From: the human T2T-CHM13v2.0 reference genome, Homo sapiens
NCBI RefSeq assembly: GCF_009914755.1
Contig: NC_060930.1
DNA: 64,000 nucleotides
Strand: one strand, 5' to 3'
Every line of letters starts with the position of its first letter. The stretch's first letter is position 1. The notes beneath the pieces were generated by a model, which was given only the letters and a program-made list of their open reading frames with translations, was not told where the DNA came from and searched no databases. Made by a program: the position numbers and the translations under genes. This document shows, one piece after another, positions 1-19,603 of the stretch.

Positions 1-342
1 AGTGCCTTTCTACTTATTATTATACTTGAACAAGGCTGGCTGTTCCCTGAAGAATCTTAGGAGGGGGAACAGGAAAGTACACTGAGGACAGCCTGCAGCT
101 TTAATTCAGGCTTCTCTGAAAGCCCTCTACCAACTTCATTGCACGCTTTGCCCCAGGACGTGGCTGCCACAATTTCTCAAGATTTTGCTGGTGAGTGTGA
201 TTAGTGGAAAGGAGCCCATGAATTGTAGGGCTGCCCTGGTGCTCTCTGGCGATGTTTGCTTTCACTTTGCCTTTACCCCAGATCACAATCTGCGGTGTTC
301 CTTGGCTAGGAGGTTATGCCAATGACAATAAAATTGGCTTCT

Positions 343-654
<312 letters not shown>

Positions 655-868
655 AAATTGTCTTCTCCTTCAGCAACACCTTCTTGCCACTGTGTAGTGT
701 ACAAGTGGGTATCTATGAGGATAGTTTCTGCTTCTCTCTAATAGGTAATACTATTTTATGGGTTTTTTAGGACTGAAATTATTTTGTGCAAAATTCATAG
801 CCTGTGTGTATAGTTCCTAACATCTGCTCTAAATTTTCTTCAAATGTCATGGTATCTGTCTCAAATAC

Positions 869-1160
869 TTTTTCATTTTTTTTGTAGACAGGGTCTTACC
901 CTGTCACCCAGACTGTAGTGCCGTGGCATGATCGTAGCTCACTGCAGCCTTGAACTCCTGGACTCAAGTGATCCTCCAGCTTCAGCCTTCCAAGTAGATG
1001 GGACTACAGGCATGCATCACCACACTTGGCTAATGCTTTTAATTTTTAGTATACAAAAATACTAAAAATGTATGTATGGGCTACATTGTTCCTGGCCTCA
1101 AGAAATCTTCCTGCCTTGGCCTCCCAAAGGGCTGGGACTAAAGGACTGAGCCACCAGCCT
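869..1160 (-). mobile_element. AluJ with part of the left arm replaced
   Basis: T tail then AGACAGGGTCTT...ATCGTAGCTCACTGCAGCCTTGAACTCCTGG (J-type). About 1051-1090 departs from the Alu consensus. Confidence 0.9.
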
Positions 1161-1321
1161 CAAATTATTAATACCTCATATTTCAAGTTGTGTCCAATTT
1201 CATTGTTATAATGAAGCAGAAGTTTCCTCTTAACTTTATTATTTTTCTTGATTTCAGAGGGTTTCAAAAAAAGGAGTGTTGAATGAAAATGTCCTTATAT
1301 TTAGTCATTTAAAAATATATT

Positions 1322-2954
<1,633 letters not shown>

Positions 2955-3978
2955 ATGAGGAAAAACTAGTGCAAAAAGGCTGAAAATTCCAAAAACCAGA
3001 ATGCCTCTTCTCCCCCAAAGGATCACAACTCCTCGGCAGCAAGGGAACAAAACTGGACAGAGAATGAGTTTGATGAATTGACAGAAGTAGGCTTCAGAAG
3101 GTGGGTAACAACAAACTCTTCTGAGCAACAGGAGCATGTTCTAACCCAATGCAAGAAAGCTAAGAACCTTGAGAAAATGTTAGATGAATTGCTAACTAGA
3201 ATAACCAGCTTAGAGAAGAACATAAATGACCTGATGGAGCTGAAAAACACAGCATGAGAACTTCGTGAAGCATACACAAGTATCAATAGCCAAATCAATC
3301 AAGTGGAAGAAAGGATATCAGAGATTGAAGGTCAACTTAATGAAATAAAGCATGAAGACAAGATTAGAGAAAAAAGAATGAAAAGGAATGAACAAAGCCT
3401 TCAAGAAATATGGGACTATGTGAAAAGACCAAACCTACCTTTGATTGGTGTACCTGAAAGTGATGGGAAGAATGGAACCAAGTTGGAAAACACTCTTCAG
3501 GATATTACCCAGGAGAACTTCCCCAATCTAGCAAGACAGGCGAACATTCAAATTCAGGAAATAAAGAGAACACCACAAAGATACTCCTCAAGAAGAGCAA
3601 TCCCAAGATACATAATCGTCAGATTCACCAAGGTTGAAATGAAGGAAAGAATGTTAAGGGCAGTCAGAGAGAAAGGTCGGGTTACTCACAAAGGGAAGCC
3701 CATCAGACTAACAGCAGATCTCTCGGCAGAAACCCTACAAGCCAGAAGAGAGTGGGGCCAATATTCAACATTCTTAAATAAAAGAATTTTCAACTCAGAA
3801 TTCCATATCCAGCCAAAGTAAGCTTCAAAAGCGAAGGAGAAATGAAATCCTTTACAGACAAGCAAATGCTGAGAGATTTTGTCACCACCTGGCCTGCCTT
3901 ACAAGAGCTCCTGAAAGAACACTAAATATGGAAAGGAAAAACCGGTACCATCCACTGCAAAAACATGCCAAATTGTAA
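2955..3978 (+). pseudogene. L1 ORF1p remnant
   Basis: ATG AGG AAA AAC TAG gives a stop at codon 5. ORF 3303-3821 matches the ORF1p coiled-coil/RRM region. Native end AAATTGTAA at 3970-3978. Confidence 0.92.
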
Positions 3979-4041
3979 AGACCATCAACACTATGAAGAA
4001 ACTTCATCAACTAATGGCCAAAATAACCAGCTAGCATCATA

Positions 4042-7144
<3,103 letters not shown>

Positions 7145-7232
7145 ATTACCATAAACAATATATTCCCCAATTATGTGACCATGTAAATAATGTATGAAAG
7201 AAGCTTAATGAAAAATACACATATAAACAAAG

Positions 7233-8080
<848 letters not shown>

Positions 8081-8818
8081 AAGAGCTATCTTGTGATAAC
8101 TCTAATGTCAGCTGATTGTTTCAATATAGCAATGAAGTTATTATTCTTGTCTCTAATATAAACATTGCTTCAGCTTGCAGTTTTTAATTAAGCTCCATCT
8201 ATCTTTAACATCGTGCAGTGACAGGTTTAAATGAGGGCAAAAATAACTCACGACGCATACACCTGGGATATGGGAGCTCACTTTCAGGTCACTCTAATCT
8301 AACGAATGCTCTAACTGGCCCAATACCACTGCTGTCACAACGTACTTCCCAGAAGTGGTTGTTTCCTGGAGCGTGCCAAGCCACCTACTTCAGCCAGGTG
8401 TTTCCAATTATCTTCTGTCGCTCGGATACCTGGGTAAGCCATTCTAGAATTAGTTCCTGGCCCAGTAGGAACAACATAAAAGCTCTGGGCATGCAGGAGG
8501 AAGTTTCTTTACACTCATGACCACCTGATCCTTCATCTCCATGCTCTTGGCTCCTGACTGTGCTACCTAAATCTGTTCCTGGGAAGCCATTATGACCTTT
8601 CTATGACCTTATTCTTCAAGCTAGTCATCCTGAGCACCTGATTCTGCCTCTTGGTCTAACTCTGACCTTGGGAATTTAACCTCTGAACTGATTCTAGGCC
8701 CACTAGGTTTCTTGGTTGAAGTGTTGACAATCACTGTTACCAGAAAATATCAACTTATGGACATCACAGTGCGTGCATTAAGGTGGATGTAGACAGGACT
8801 TTCAGGATTATTCGAAAA

Positions 8819-9128
8819 CAGCACTGCCCAATAGAAATATAATGTGAGCCACACGTAATATAAAATTTTCTATCAGTTGCATTGAAAAAGTAAAAAGAAA
8901 AGGTGAAGCTAAATTTGATGTTTCATTTAATCGAATATATCCAGTATGTTACCATTTCAATACAAAATATGATTGAGATATTTCACGTTCCTTTTCTATG
9001 TACCAAGACTTTGAAGTGTAGCCTGTCTTTTGTCCTCACAGGACATCTCCACTCAGAAGAGGCACAATTTGAGTGCTCAGCAGACACACAAGGCTGTGGC
9101 TACCACGCTGGGCTGTGTGGGGCTACAG
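8819..9128. mobile_element. MER33-like hAT-Charlie non-autonomous DNA transposon
   Basis: CAGCACTGCCCAATAGAAATATAATGTGAGCCACA start and GTGCTCAGCAGACACACAAGGCTGTGGCTACC end, about 310 bp. Confidence 0.8.
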
Positions 9129-9543
9129 AGCCAGCCTTATGTTCAAGAGGGAGAAGGAACCTTGCTATGTGACACCCTACTCTAATCCTGTTTGCTTATC
9201 CTGCTAAAACTCTCTGCCGGGGCTTCTTGGAGAAGGCCTCCTCATTTTCTCCACAGCACGGCTGGAGGAATAATGGCCCCTCCTCCCTTCTTGGTCATTA
9301 TCTCCACCTCCTGACTTCTTCAGTAGTGATTTCATCAGCGATGACAACTGGGAGAGAGTGAGTGTTTGAAAAGTAGCACAACTAGCTCCTAATTTACAGG
9401 CACTTGACGTTTGAATGCCTGCCTGCCTCATCCATCCACAAATGGGCACTCATACCACACTCTCTCCCCAATTGGAATACCTGGGAGTAAACACCTGAGA
9501 AACCCTCTGGAGTTTGGTGAAATGTAGTGCTGCAGAGGGGGTA

Positions 9544-9757
9544 GGTGTTCTCAAACGTTAGCGTGCATTAGAATCATCTGTCAGGCTAGAAGTGTGCACT
9601 GCAATCCTCTGGAAGATTAGAACGCAGGCTGCTGGCCCCCTTGAGGCCTGGAGCTACAGATTCAATAGGCCTGGGTGGAGCTGGAGAATGTGCAAGTTCC
9701 AGGGTGAAGCAGGAGGCTGCTGATCTGGGAAGCGCGCTGAGAAACTCTGTGTCTAGA
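9544..9757. mobile_element. MER5A-like hAT MITE
   Basis: TTCTCAAACGTTAGCGTGCATTAGAATCATCTG ... GATTCAATAGGCCTGGGTGG ... TGAGAAACTCTG. Confidence 0.7.
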
Positions 9758-9759
9758 GC

Positions 9760-10139
<380 letters not shown>

Positions 10140-10294
10140 TGATGACAATGATGATTACATATCTTGAGGGAGTTACTGGTGCCCAGGAGAATGTGTAGTT
10201 CATCTCCACAACCAAACTCTTGCACCCATAAATAGCATGGGGAAGGAAGACTGATAGGGTGGAGTGAATTAAATCCTGATTATGTTAGTCACAG

Positions 10295-10465
10295 CCACAG
10301 AATTTAATAGCTGGAAGGGGCCTTAGAGGTGTTGTCATTCAATTCCACAAATGTTAAAGATGAAGCAGCTGAAACTGGAGAGATTAAATGGTTCACCTGA
10401 AGTCATACACCTGCTAAGTGTTAGAGCTGGGGCTGGAACCTCAACTCCCTTTCCTGTATTCTTGC
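10295..10465 (-). mobile_element. MIR3/MIRc relic
   Basis: GCTGGAAGGGGCCTTAGAGG..AGATGAAGCAGCTGAA..AAGTCATACAC..AGAGCTGGGGCTGGAACC. Confidence 0.7.
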
Positions 10466-10603
10466 GACTGCATGATGCTCTTGTGCATTCTCCTAATGGC
10501 TGTGTGTAGAATACATTTTCTTGTTGAAACTCAATTCTACGTGCTGGTTACAAATAGCTGTGTGGACTTTTGTGAGCTAACCTGGGGACCTGACCAGACA
10601 AGA

Positions 10604-10700
10604 AATGAATGTTTACAGTGTGCCTGCTAGTTGCTGGGCACTGTGCTAGAGTCTGGCGATAGACCACGTAGGAACAGACAGCGAAGACACTGTGCCTGGC
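10604..10700 (-). mobile_element. L2 3'-end relic
   Basis: TGCCTGCTAGTTGCTGGGCACTGTGCTAGA resembles the reverse L2 terminus. Confidence 0.5.
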
Positions 10701-12619
10701 CTACGTGCTTTAAACATTTATATAGGAAAAAGGGTTTTAAAAGTCCAAATCTGATTTAAGAAATAACTTTTGGGACAGAGGCTTCAGGTAGTTATCAGGG
10801 AACTATCAGGTATGGCTCCTTTCTAAAACCTTCCTCCTAATAAGACTGTCCCCACACACTGCTCTTGATGAAGGAGTGAGTCAAGCCAGGTGTATTTAAA
10901 CCAGGTGATGTGTCCCTGTGCCTACTGCGCCCCAGCCCCCCACCCCCCAACACCCTTCGGTTTCCATGGATGGAGACCTAACATATTCTGGGCCAATGGG
11001 AATGTCAAAGACATTTGCAGTAAGAGACCCAGAGGCAGAAACAGCAGGAAAGGGCTGAGCACCCAGGCGTGAGACTGTCACCGGGGCGGAGCCAGCTGGA
11101 GAGACTGGGAGGCATGAAGACCTGTGTGGGCAGCAGAGTGGGAAAGGGAGCCCACGAGGAGGGAGGGAGTGAGGGAGATGTGCAGACACAGAGGAAAGCA
11201 GATCCTCCTTTCCCATTCCTGCGAGGTGCCCTGAGGCTCCTTACAAAAAATCCCGTTTTCCATGAATTTCTTTGAGTTGGTTTCTGCTCCTTTAGCAAAC
11301 AAGTTTGGATAAAGAGCAAATAGGACTTCTGGACCACGAGTATATGGGACCAGTTGTATATCAGCTCTGTATTCAGTGGTAAGAAGGGAGCTCCAGGGGG
11401 GATAAGTCACCACCTGTTGACCTCAGTATCCAGTGGGGAAGATGGCCACTTGCCCAGCCAGCCACCAAAATGATGGGAGAGGGGCCAGTGTGAAAGGAGC
11501 TGTGGGAACACAGAGGAGACAACCCAGTACACCAGAGGAGGAGGAGTACTCAGGGTCCTCATGAGGGTGTCATCAACCCATGGCCCCCGCAGTCCCCACC
11601 GCCGAGGACCGCCCACCCTTGAGCGCCTCTAAAGATGGCAGGCTGGGACATGCACCGTCTTTGTAACTGGGAACCTAGTGTCCTATGCAACTTGTTGGTT
11701 AAAACTCATTTCAAATGTGTTTCCCCAGTGTCTTCATTCACAAAAATCTAGATGTCAAGTTAAAAGTCACTCTTCCACTCAGTACTCTGAAAAACATGCT
11801 GAATATAATTAGATTTAATCATTCTTCTTTTAATTTTTGTTTGCTAATCTGAGAATGTCCCACTATGAGGAGTATCTGAGCTTTGTTCTTTCGGGTGGTC
11901 CAATTGCTCTTACTAACTTGACCTCACCCGGGACTGGGATGGTCTGTTGGCATAATGATTTCCCAGATGCTGACTCTGCAATGTCCTGGATCAACACAGA
12001 TGAAAAGGGAAGCCAGTTGTATTTAAGAAAACAATGATTGTAACTGTAACATTTGAGTGTAGTGATAAAGGAGGAAAGAAATTCTACTACATACATGCAA
12101 AGAGTCATCTAGAGAAACCTCCCCTTCCATGGAAGGGCCTGTCCACATGACTGAAAATTAAACAAAAGGCCCCCTGTGTTCTCCAAGATTCAGAATAAAA
12201 ATCAAGAGCGTACCTTGAAGTTCAATTATTTTAAAAACACATTATAGATGATCAAGGGAGTTTTTAAAAAATTAAGTCTACTTAATTCTAGATGAAATCT
12301 GGAAAAACAAGTAGAAAAAGCCTACAATGAATTAACACTTTTAAAGTATTTAACTTATCGAGTATTTGAAAACTCTAAAATATCCAAAAGATAATTTAAA
12401 AAATCTGTGAGAAACTTAAATTATCAGGTACTGAGAATGAACATTTATTTTTTGGTGACTAAAATTCTCAGTAGTCTGACAAGTTATCAACGGCTGCTCA
12501 AGACTGTTAACAAGAAAGCCTGTCTAATACTATACAGCACCATAAGTAATGTCATTTACGCCAGTGCTAAAGGTCGAGTTCTGAGGAGCAAGCTTTTCTG
12601 TTAATATAACACAGCATTT

Positions 12620-12660
12620 TTCACATGCATTTCATGTGAATGAACAATGTCTTCATTGTT
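12620..12660. promoter_or_regulatory. Candidate enhancer core: inverted double E-box plus SOXE dimer site
   Basis: TTCACATG-cattt-CATGTGAA (12620-12640), then AACAATG-tctt-CATTGTT (12643-12660), in unique TE-poor DNA. Confidence 0.5.
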
Positions 12661-15434
12661 TGCCTGAACACTAATTTAATGTTGTATTTTTTTTGCTTGT
12701 GTCAATGAGTGTCAAAATATTGTTCTTTTAATACATGAAAGTATTTGCATAGAGCTTTATTACTGATCTTCAGATGTTAGCCAGAGGCAAAATAAAACAG
12801 AGACGCTCCAGTTGGGAAATCTCGCTCACAATGAAAAGCAAGAGTCCTTAACATATTCTGCTCTCCTGCCAATTTTTCTTCCAAGTACACAATGATTTAT
12901 TTACTCCATAATTGGTGAAATTAAAAGCAACACTGGAGACGAAAAAAAAACTATAGGAAACCCTTTCCCTAAAAATGAAACAGAGACTTTGCAAGGAGGA
13001 ATACAAAAACTCTAAGAGGAAGTACTAAGATGTAAGATCTTAACATGAATTAAAGGACAATCTGATATAAACCTGATTACAGAAAAAGCCGAGAAGCACA
13101 GTCTGTTTCAACCATGAAGTGAGAAACACAGAGGCAATTTTTATTAAGTTATGCCTTTCAGCATCATCTCATCATTAAATGCTCAATTGCTTATAACCGT
13201 CTGCATTTATTAAGAAAAATAAAGCCACCACATTTTCTGCCTCCACAAAGTTGAAGAGTCCATAACCAGGTATCGGATGTGGTTTTCAATTCTGTTTTTT
13301 CCCTCCCTAACACTAATTATCCTGCCATTTGGTACTGCCAAAAAAGACAAAATGCCCTTTCAGAGAGGCATGGGCTCCTGCTGACGGGTTACTCACGACG
13401 AAACTTCAGGGCTGTACCCGGGTTGTGGTCAGGAGTGAGCAGTCCCAGAGCTGGCTGCCAGGGCAGGCTGGTAAAGGCCATGCTCGCACGGCGAGCAACC
13501 CGACCAGCCTTTCAAGTCAAGTGTTGGCTTGTAGACATATAAGTTAATCAGCTATGAAATAACCACCACAATGTACTTATTGATCACACAGGGCTTATGA
13601 TGAAACTCTTGGCCCAGGGAAGATTTGTGCTTCTTTCTTTCAGCCTCCAACCTAAGAGAAAGAGCACTTTGAGGTGGTGTTTACGAAAAGGCAGATGTTA
13701 ACTTCATGATTTCAACCTTCCCTTCCTGGGGAGGATGAGAAACACGCTGGGTCTTCAAAATGAAGCCCGACACATTCGCGTCCCTGTTCATTTTTTACAG
13801 AACTTGACATTTTCAGTGTATTGTGGTTATTATTAAGGAAGAGTATTTAGAAAGTTTCAAACTGATAAATTTTAAATGTGTTACCCTAATTTCTTTGCTT
13901 CGAGACATTAGGGAATGCTGATCATTTTGTTTATAAATCAATAATATCAAAGAATAGCAATTGAATGTTTGCTCCAAAAATCAAAACCATGTTTTAGAAA
14001 GCTGGTAGTTTTAAAGTGCTAGTGTATGTACAAGCAGAATGTTTAGTGTACTTTTACTGCTCTTGAAAATGAGCTGGTAAATACATGTGGTAATTATACT
14101 TTCTGCTCAATCTTCGGTTCCCATTTCTACCAAATTCTTTCTAAGATCGCAAAGGGAAAGACAAGGTGGGTGAGGCTGACTGGTGCTGTGGACACGTGCG
14201 AAGATGCTGGCAGATGTGGGCCACGGGCCATCCAGAAACGTGAAAAGAAACCAGTGTCTTTTCCCACTAGGTCAGCCCCATTGCTCTGAGCTGTCTTCTA
14301 ATGTGCATCTTCTTAACCAAAAATGAAAAAGAACAAATTCAGTTCTGATTTCAGTGAGAGGATTATGCAAAGGGGCTGAAGAACCAGTGACTTAGGTCTT
14401 CAAGGGAAGCATTCAGTAAGTCAATTCTCCAGGGGCATGGAGATAAAACCCCAGCGTCTCCCCAAGAGTAAACCTACTGGCAAGTGATAAATCCCCCACT
14501 TCCAGGGCGCTGCCCTTACTGTCTGGCGAGGCCACAGACTGCAGGTGGACAGACATTAAAAACCATGGTCAGTGTGAGAATGAACATGATGGATGGTATG
14601 ACAATTATGCAACTGCTCCTTCCTCTTTTCTTTCACATAGATTGCCCTGTGTGTGACTGACTCCAGAATAAACAGATTTTTTAAAGATCTAGTATTTCTA
14701 ACAGTAAAATGGATTTCCGGTTTGCCCAGGGGGAACAATGGGACATCCCAGTCATCATGGTGGCATGAAATCTAGAAAGCGGAAGAACCAGTTTCTCCAT
14801 TGGTACGAATCTGTCTCCCACTCAGTAGCTCAGTTTGAAACTTTGCTAGGACCACTAGTGAAAGTAGTGAACATCCGCTCCTGAGAGTGAAGAGTGCTCC
14901 CTGTCTCCACACTGGGGGCACAGGTGGAGGGCTCCCTTGGAGGGAGCAGTGCCATTTGCTGAAGCTGCGATCCACTGGAGCTGAGGCACCCCCTCTTGGC
15001 AGGCACCCCTGCTAGTTTGGAGGGTCTGCAGGGGAAAGACAGAGCGGGCATTGTAGGCCTGCCTGCTGCTTGTCCGGTACATCTCCTCGTAGTGCTACTG
15101 AGGCTGGGGGTTAAGAGTGAAGGAGCGAAGAAAAAAAAAAGCTGTTTGTTTGAAATGATTTTGTTCCCAGCAGTAAAAACAGTGCTGGTAACTGAGAAGG
15201 CCTTTCTGTGATCACAAATGTACATTCATACAAGATGGGAGACAACTATTTAAAGCTGGGAATGTGCTGTGAGGGTGAATACGAAAACATGCACTCAAAA
15301 CGGAGGCCTGTGTGTGGGATGTGAGAGCCGAGAGGTTCACAGAGGCAAGAGATGGAGGCTTTATGTGTTTCTTCATCTTTCCAAATGAATTATTTTTACA
15401 GGAAAATACTCGATGATAAAGGATAGTCTTAATA

Positions 15435-15620
15435 TCATGTAGTGAAAAGAACTTGGACTGAAGTCCTAAAACGCTGGGCCCTGTCTGGAATAGGCTTGTC
15501 ACTTTAGACAACTTACTCATTTCACCCTTGATTTTCTTACACAGGTTATAGGGTTTTAGGTATCCCATCAGATAATATGTTAAAAGCACTCTGTGATCTA
15601 CAAAATGTTATTGCTGTTAT
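15435..15620 (+). mobile_element. MIR relic
   Basis: TGTAGTGAAAAGAACTTGGACTG..GTCACTTTAGACAACTTACT..GATAATATGTTAAAAGCACTCTGT. Confidence 0.6.
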
Positions 15621-16609
15621 AAATGATAATATTATTGGAGAAAATCCTGGGTTAATGCCTAAGAGATCATCACCGCTCCGTAACGATCGTCAAGATATGA
15701 TGTGATAATTCCATGGGGCTGTTATCATACCAAACATAAAAACGCTGCATTTTTCAGAGCATGAATTCTTTTTGAAAGATGAGTTTTAGAACTGAATCTG
15801 GGGTTTCAACATTTCCGTTCTAAAGAATTTCTGATTCCTTGCCCAAAATCGTTTGGTTATATTTAAGTTCTGAAAGAACACAAAAATCCTGGCAATTTAT
15901 ATGTTTGTCTCAACATGCGGGTTTTTGCAATTTCAAGAAAATAAATTTGTATTATATAGGTAGATAGTTCAGAGGAGCTGTCTTTTTTTCTGAGTAGGGA
16001 GCTTCATGAATTATTGTTAAATAGTGTTCCTTTAATAGTGTTGCTAAATAGTAAACAGCTGTGGGCACATTTTTTTCCCCCCAGTGTGACTTCTCAATGA
16101 GGAAGAAACCTTAACTGACAGGAGTGATCAGAAGATTTAAACAATTTAAATCTTTTAAAAAACAAAACTAAACCAAAAAGAAAAAAAAAATTTACAACAG
16201 ATCAGTTAACTGGAGATTGTGCTTTTTGGAACCGGATTCTAACTTAAGCATGGTAGCAATTCTAATGCTATCTTTTATTCAACACCATTTTCCTAATTAT
16301 CTTGGTCTAAATGTTTCCAAACTTTGTTGTTTATTTTGGCATAAAGAGTTCCCAAGGCCACCGCCTCTTTTCCTAGAGCTGGGGATGGTGTTAACAAGAA
16401 GGTGAGATGGGAACACAACCCATTAACAAGCACTGAGAAGGCTGTGGTCTGAAAAACCCCTCGAGCAGATAAGAAGGCGCTAGGCAAGAGTGAGCCCAGG
16501 AAGAGAGCAAGGCAGAGCCCCCACAAAAATATTCATTCGCATTGTTTCAGTGAAGATAATCAGAAGGATTTCCCTCAGGTTTCTTATAAATAACATTCAT
16601 TTCATTGAA

Positions 16610-16730
16610 TAATTTTACAGATGGAGAAACTGAGACATGCTTGGAGGACTGACCTGCAACAGGGTCACGCGGCGGCTGAGCAGGAACAGAAGGCAAATTT
16701 CCTGGTTCCTGGGCCAGTTTTCCACCCAAT
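16610..16730 (-). mobile_element. MIR relic
   Basis: Core ATTTTACAGATGGAGAAACTGAGAC followed by AGGGTCAC. Confidence 0.7.
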
Positions 16731-19603
16731 CTACCCCGTCTAAATGAAACGGCAGAAGCTTAGTTTTGATAAGCAGTTCCATGAAAACATGTCCTGTGCC
16801 AGATTCTCGCTGGTGCCCGAGACACTCCCCGATGGAGGGTTAGGGCTCGGAGCCCTTTAACTCCTTCGGCACAGTGGAGAAAGGTTTAGGAAATAGCAGA
16901 ACAAACGCAAAGGCCTTGAGAAGGCCCTTGCGAGACTCAGCCCAGGACTCTTCTCTCTGTCCTATCTTCAGCCCTAAAGCAAAGGGCTGAGGATGTAAGA
17001 AGGCTTTCACCTGGGTCCTTCGAAACATGCCTGGTGCCTTTATTAACTCCTCTACTTCAGAAATCAGCTGCAAACGTCCTCTCTCCCAGTGGGCAGAGCG
17101 GCTGCACTATATGAAAACGACACATGTGAAATGGAGGGTGGGTATGTGAAGCTCAGGATGATTCATGGATTCGCTGCCCGTCTGTTTAAATGTAATACTC
17201 TTTCAGTGCATCAAGATACCTGATGCCATGATTAATTTTTGTGTGGGCACAGAAGCAAGGAGAAGTTAGCTAATTTAAGCTGATGTGCATTGAGTCACTG
17301 GAAATTGGACAGGAGCAAAGACCACAGAACTTTCGAGGCAGCAGATTCATTTGGGCTTCAGGAAACGCGGTGCATGAGCTGTTTCAGGTGCTGGGGAAAG
17401 GCTCTGCGTTAGAACCCACACCTTCCGTCTCCCGGGCCAGGTCTCTTTGTAGGCCACCACGGAGAGAGAAAAGCATCTTGAGAATCCTAATGGGAACCAA
17501 TGAAGAAATGAGTATCATATTTATATATCTGCTATAACTCACTTTCTAATGAACAAAGTCGCTTACTTTGAAAAGTGATTTCTCTCTTGTGTATGGCTCG
17601 GGAGGAGGGTCTAAGGTGGGCCTCGCTACTCCAGTGCCTCCGGAGCCCAGGGAAGCTCACCTCAGGCAGCCTGCAGAGGCTCTCCCCTTCTAGAAGACCC
17701 AGCAAGCGCCCCGTTTCCCACAGACGGTTCCCACCTGGGGATGTTGAACCAGTCTCACCAGATCTGCTTACACAGAGGAGCTGCACATCGAACATGCTAA
17801 AAACTGCGTTATGTTTTTTAAAAACCCAACAAACTCTAAAATGTTAGCTGTGGGCTGAAACACTGACTGGACTAAACAAAGCCTGGCAATGGGCCAGATC
17901 TGGTCAGCTAGGTCTCCCAGCTCAGCAATCTGGCCTAAAGGAGCACCGGGTAAGGGTTCTTTATTTCCTGCTGAATCTCACTTAAGTGTAAAATCGAGCA
18001 GGGATCCCCAAACCTTCCTCTCACACCACAGCTGTAGGGCACACTGAACTTTATTCTGTTCAGTAGAAAATGAAATGAACAAACTATAAAATGTAGCTCC
18101 TTAGATTTGTTTATAATACAGATTCAATATTTAATAATACTTTTGTTTTCCTAGTTTTCTGAAATTCTTCATATACGAAATGTAAACCACAAAGGGAATA
18201 TGATTTTAAAACCGGAAACATATTTTCCACCCACCACCCCCCCAAATTTCATTAAACGCATAAAAGAAAATATCCTTTGTAAAATGGCTAATTACAAAAT
18301 AATTAGTCACAGAGGTCCTGTATAACAGAAACGACAACAACTCTTAAGTTTCAGTCATCAAGAATCAAGGAACTTATTATTTGGGAAATAAAAATACCAG
18401 TTCACCTTAAAGTAAATTTTGGGTTAAAAGGAAAAAAAGATGGCCAAGCAAAGTCAAGTTATTACTTCAACCTTATGCCCTGTCCATCTTTTCAAATGTA
18501 CTTCAGATAAAAACAAGCAACAAGAGCAGAATGTGCTATTGGTGGCCCTCCCTTGAATTCTTCTCTGAGCTGCCACCACTCCCGAGTCTCCCAGACTGAC
18601 CTCTGAGTCAAGCCAGATGGGACTGAGAGAGATGTTAAGCAAGTGCTGAAAAGGTGACTTGAGTCTCTGGCAGCCGAGTCTGGAGCGAGTTTCTCTGCAA
18701 ATTCTCTGGGGGTTGTTGCTTTCCAATTTCTCAGGAATGTTTAATTCTCCTCATCCCTTCACTGAATCTCTCTCTGGAGAGGTCAGGGAAGCCTGTGACA
18801 TCCCCGGAGGGCACTGCCTAACTAAATTAGCATGAGATAACTTTGGACTCTCTCCCAAACATGAAAATACAAGGGAGAGAGTTTCATTAAAAACAGAATA
18901 CTAGGTGATCCCAGTTAATCCCGGCTCTAAGCTGCTGTAGAATTGCTCAGTGTTTACATTTTGACTCTCTTCTCGGTGACAGTTCACCGACTATACTGCC
19001 AGCTATGTTATGCATACAGCTTGCCCTCAGCTGACCAAACCCTAGTTTCATAATAAAGGTAAAAAGTGGGTCTGGTGGTGTTAAAATAGGTATTTAGCCT
19101 GTATATGTTACTATATGAAGCAGAAGATCCAGAGGTAAAAATAAACATTTCAGTACTGAGGCCTTTAAATATCTTTTAAATCAGGAAACAGGAAACCTTA
19201 ATAGGTAACATGAGTCATTAACCATATGAATGTGTGTAAACAGGGGAATATCTAATGTCACTTCAGTAAAGCATACAATGTCATAGAGACATGCTTTCTA
19301 TTATATCCACAAATATTTGAAAGAATACATTGTAAATATTTAGAACGACAGTATAATCAATAGGATATGTTCAAAAAGTGCAAGGATGATGATTTCAGCA
19401 TTTGCTTCTAAAAATTTAATTGGAAGAACAGCTCCAAAAAAGGGATCAATATTGCCAGCTACTACCAATATATGACAGATAAGATACTGAAGAATTCAAA
19501 CTTGGGTACATACCTTAGAACTCCTGCTTCAACCAAGGAGGTACTACGTTTACTCATTCCTTCATGAATAAATGTTTCTTGTTAGTCACTGTCACATAAT
19601 ATA

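Noticed and set aside
12122-12137. 16-bp perfect palindrome CCCTTCCATGGAAGGG (also 14-mers at 46499 and 48622)
   Set aside because: Roughly one palindrome of this length is expected by chance in 64 kb.
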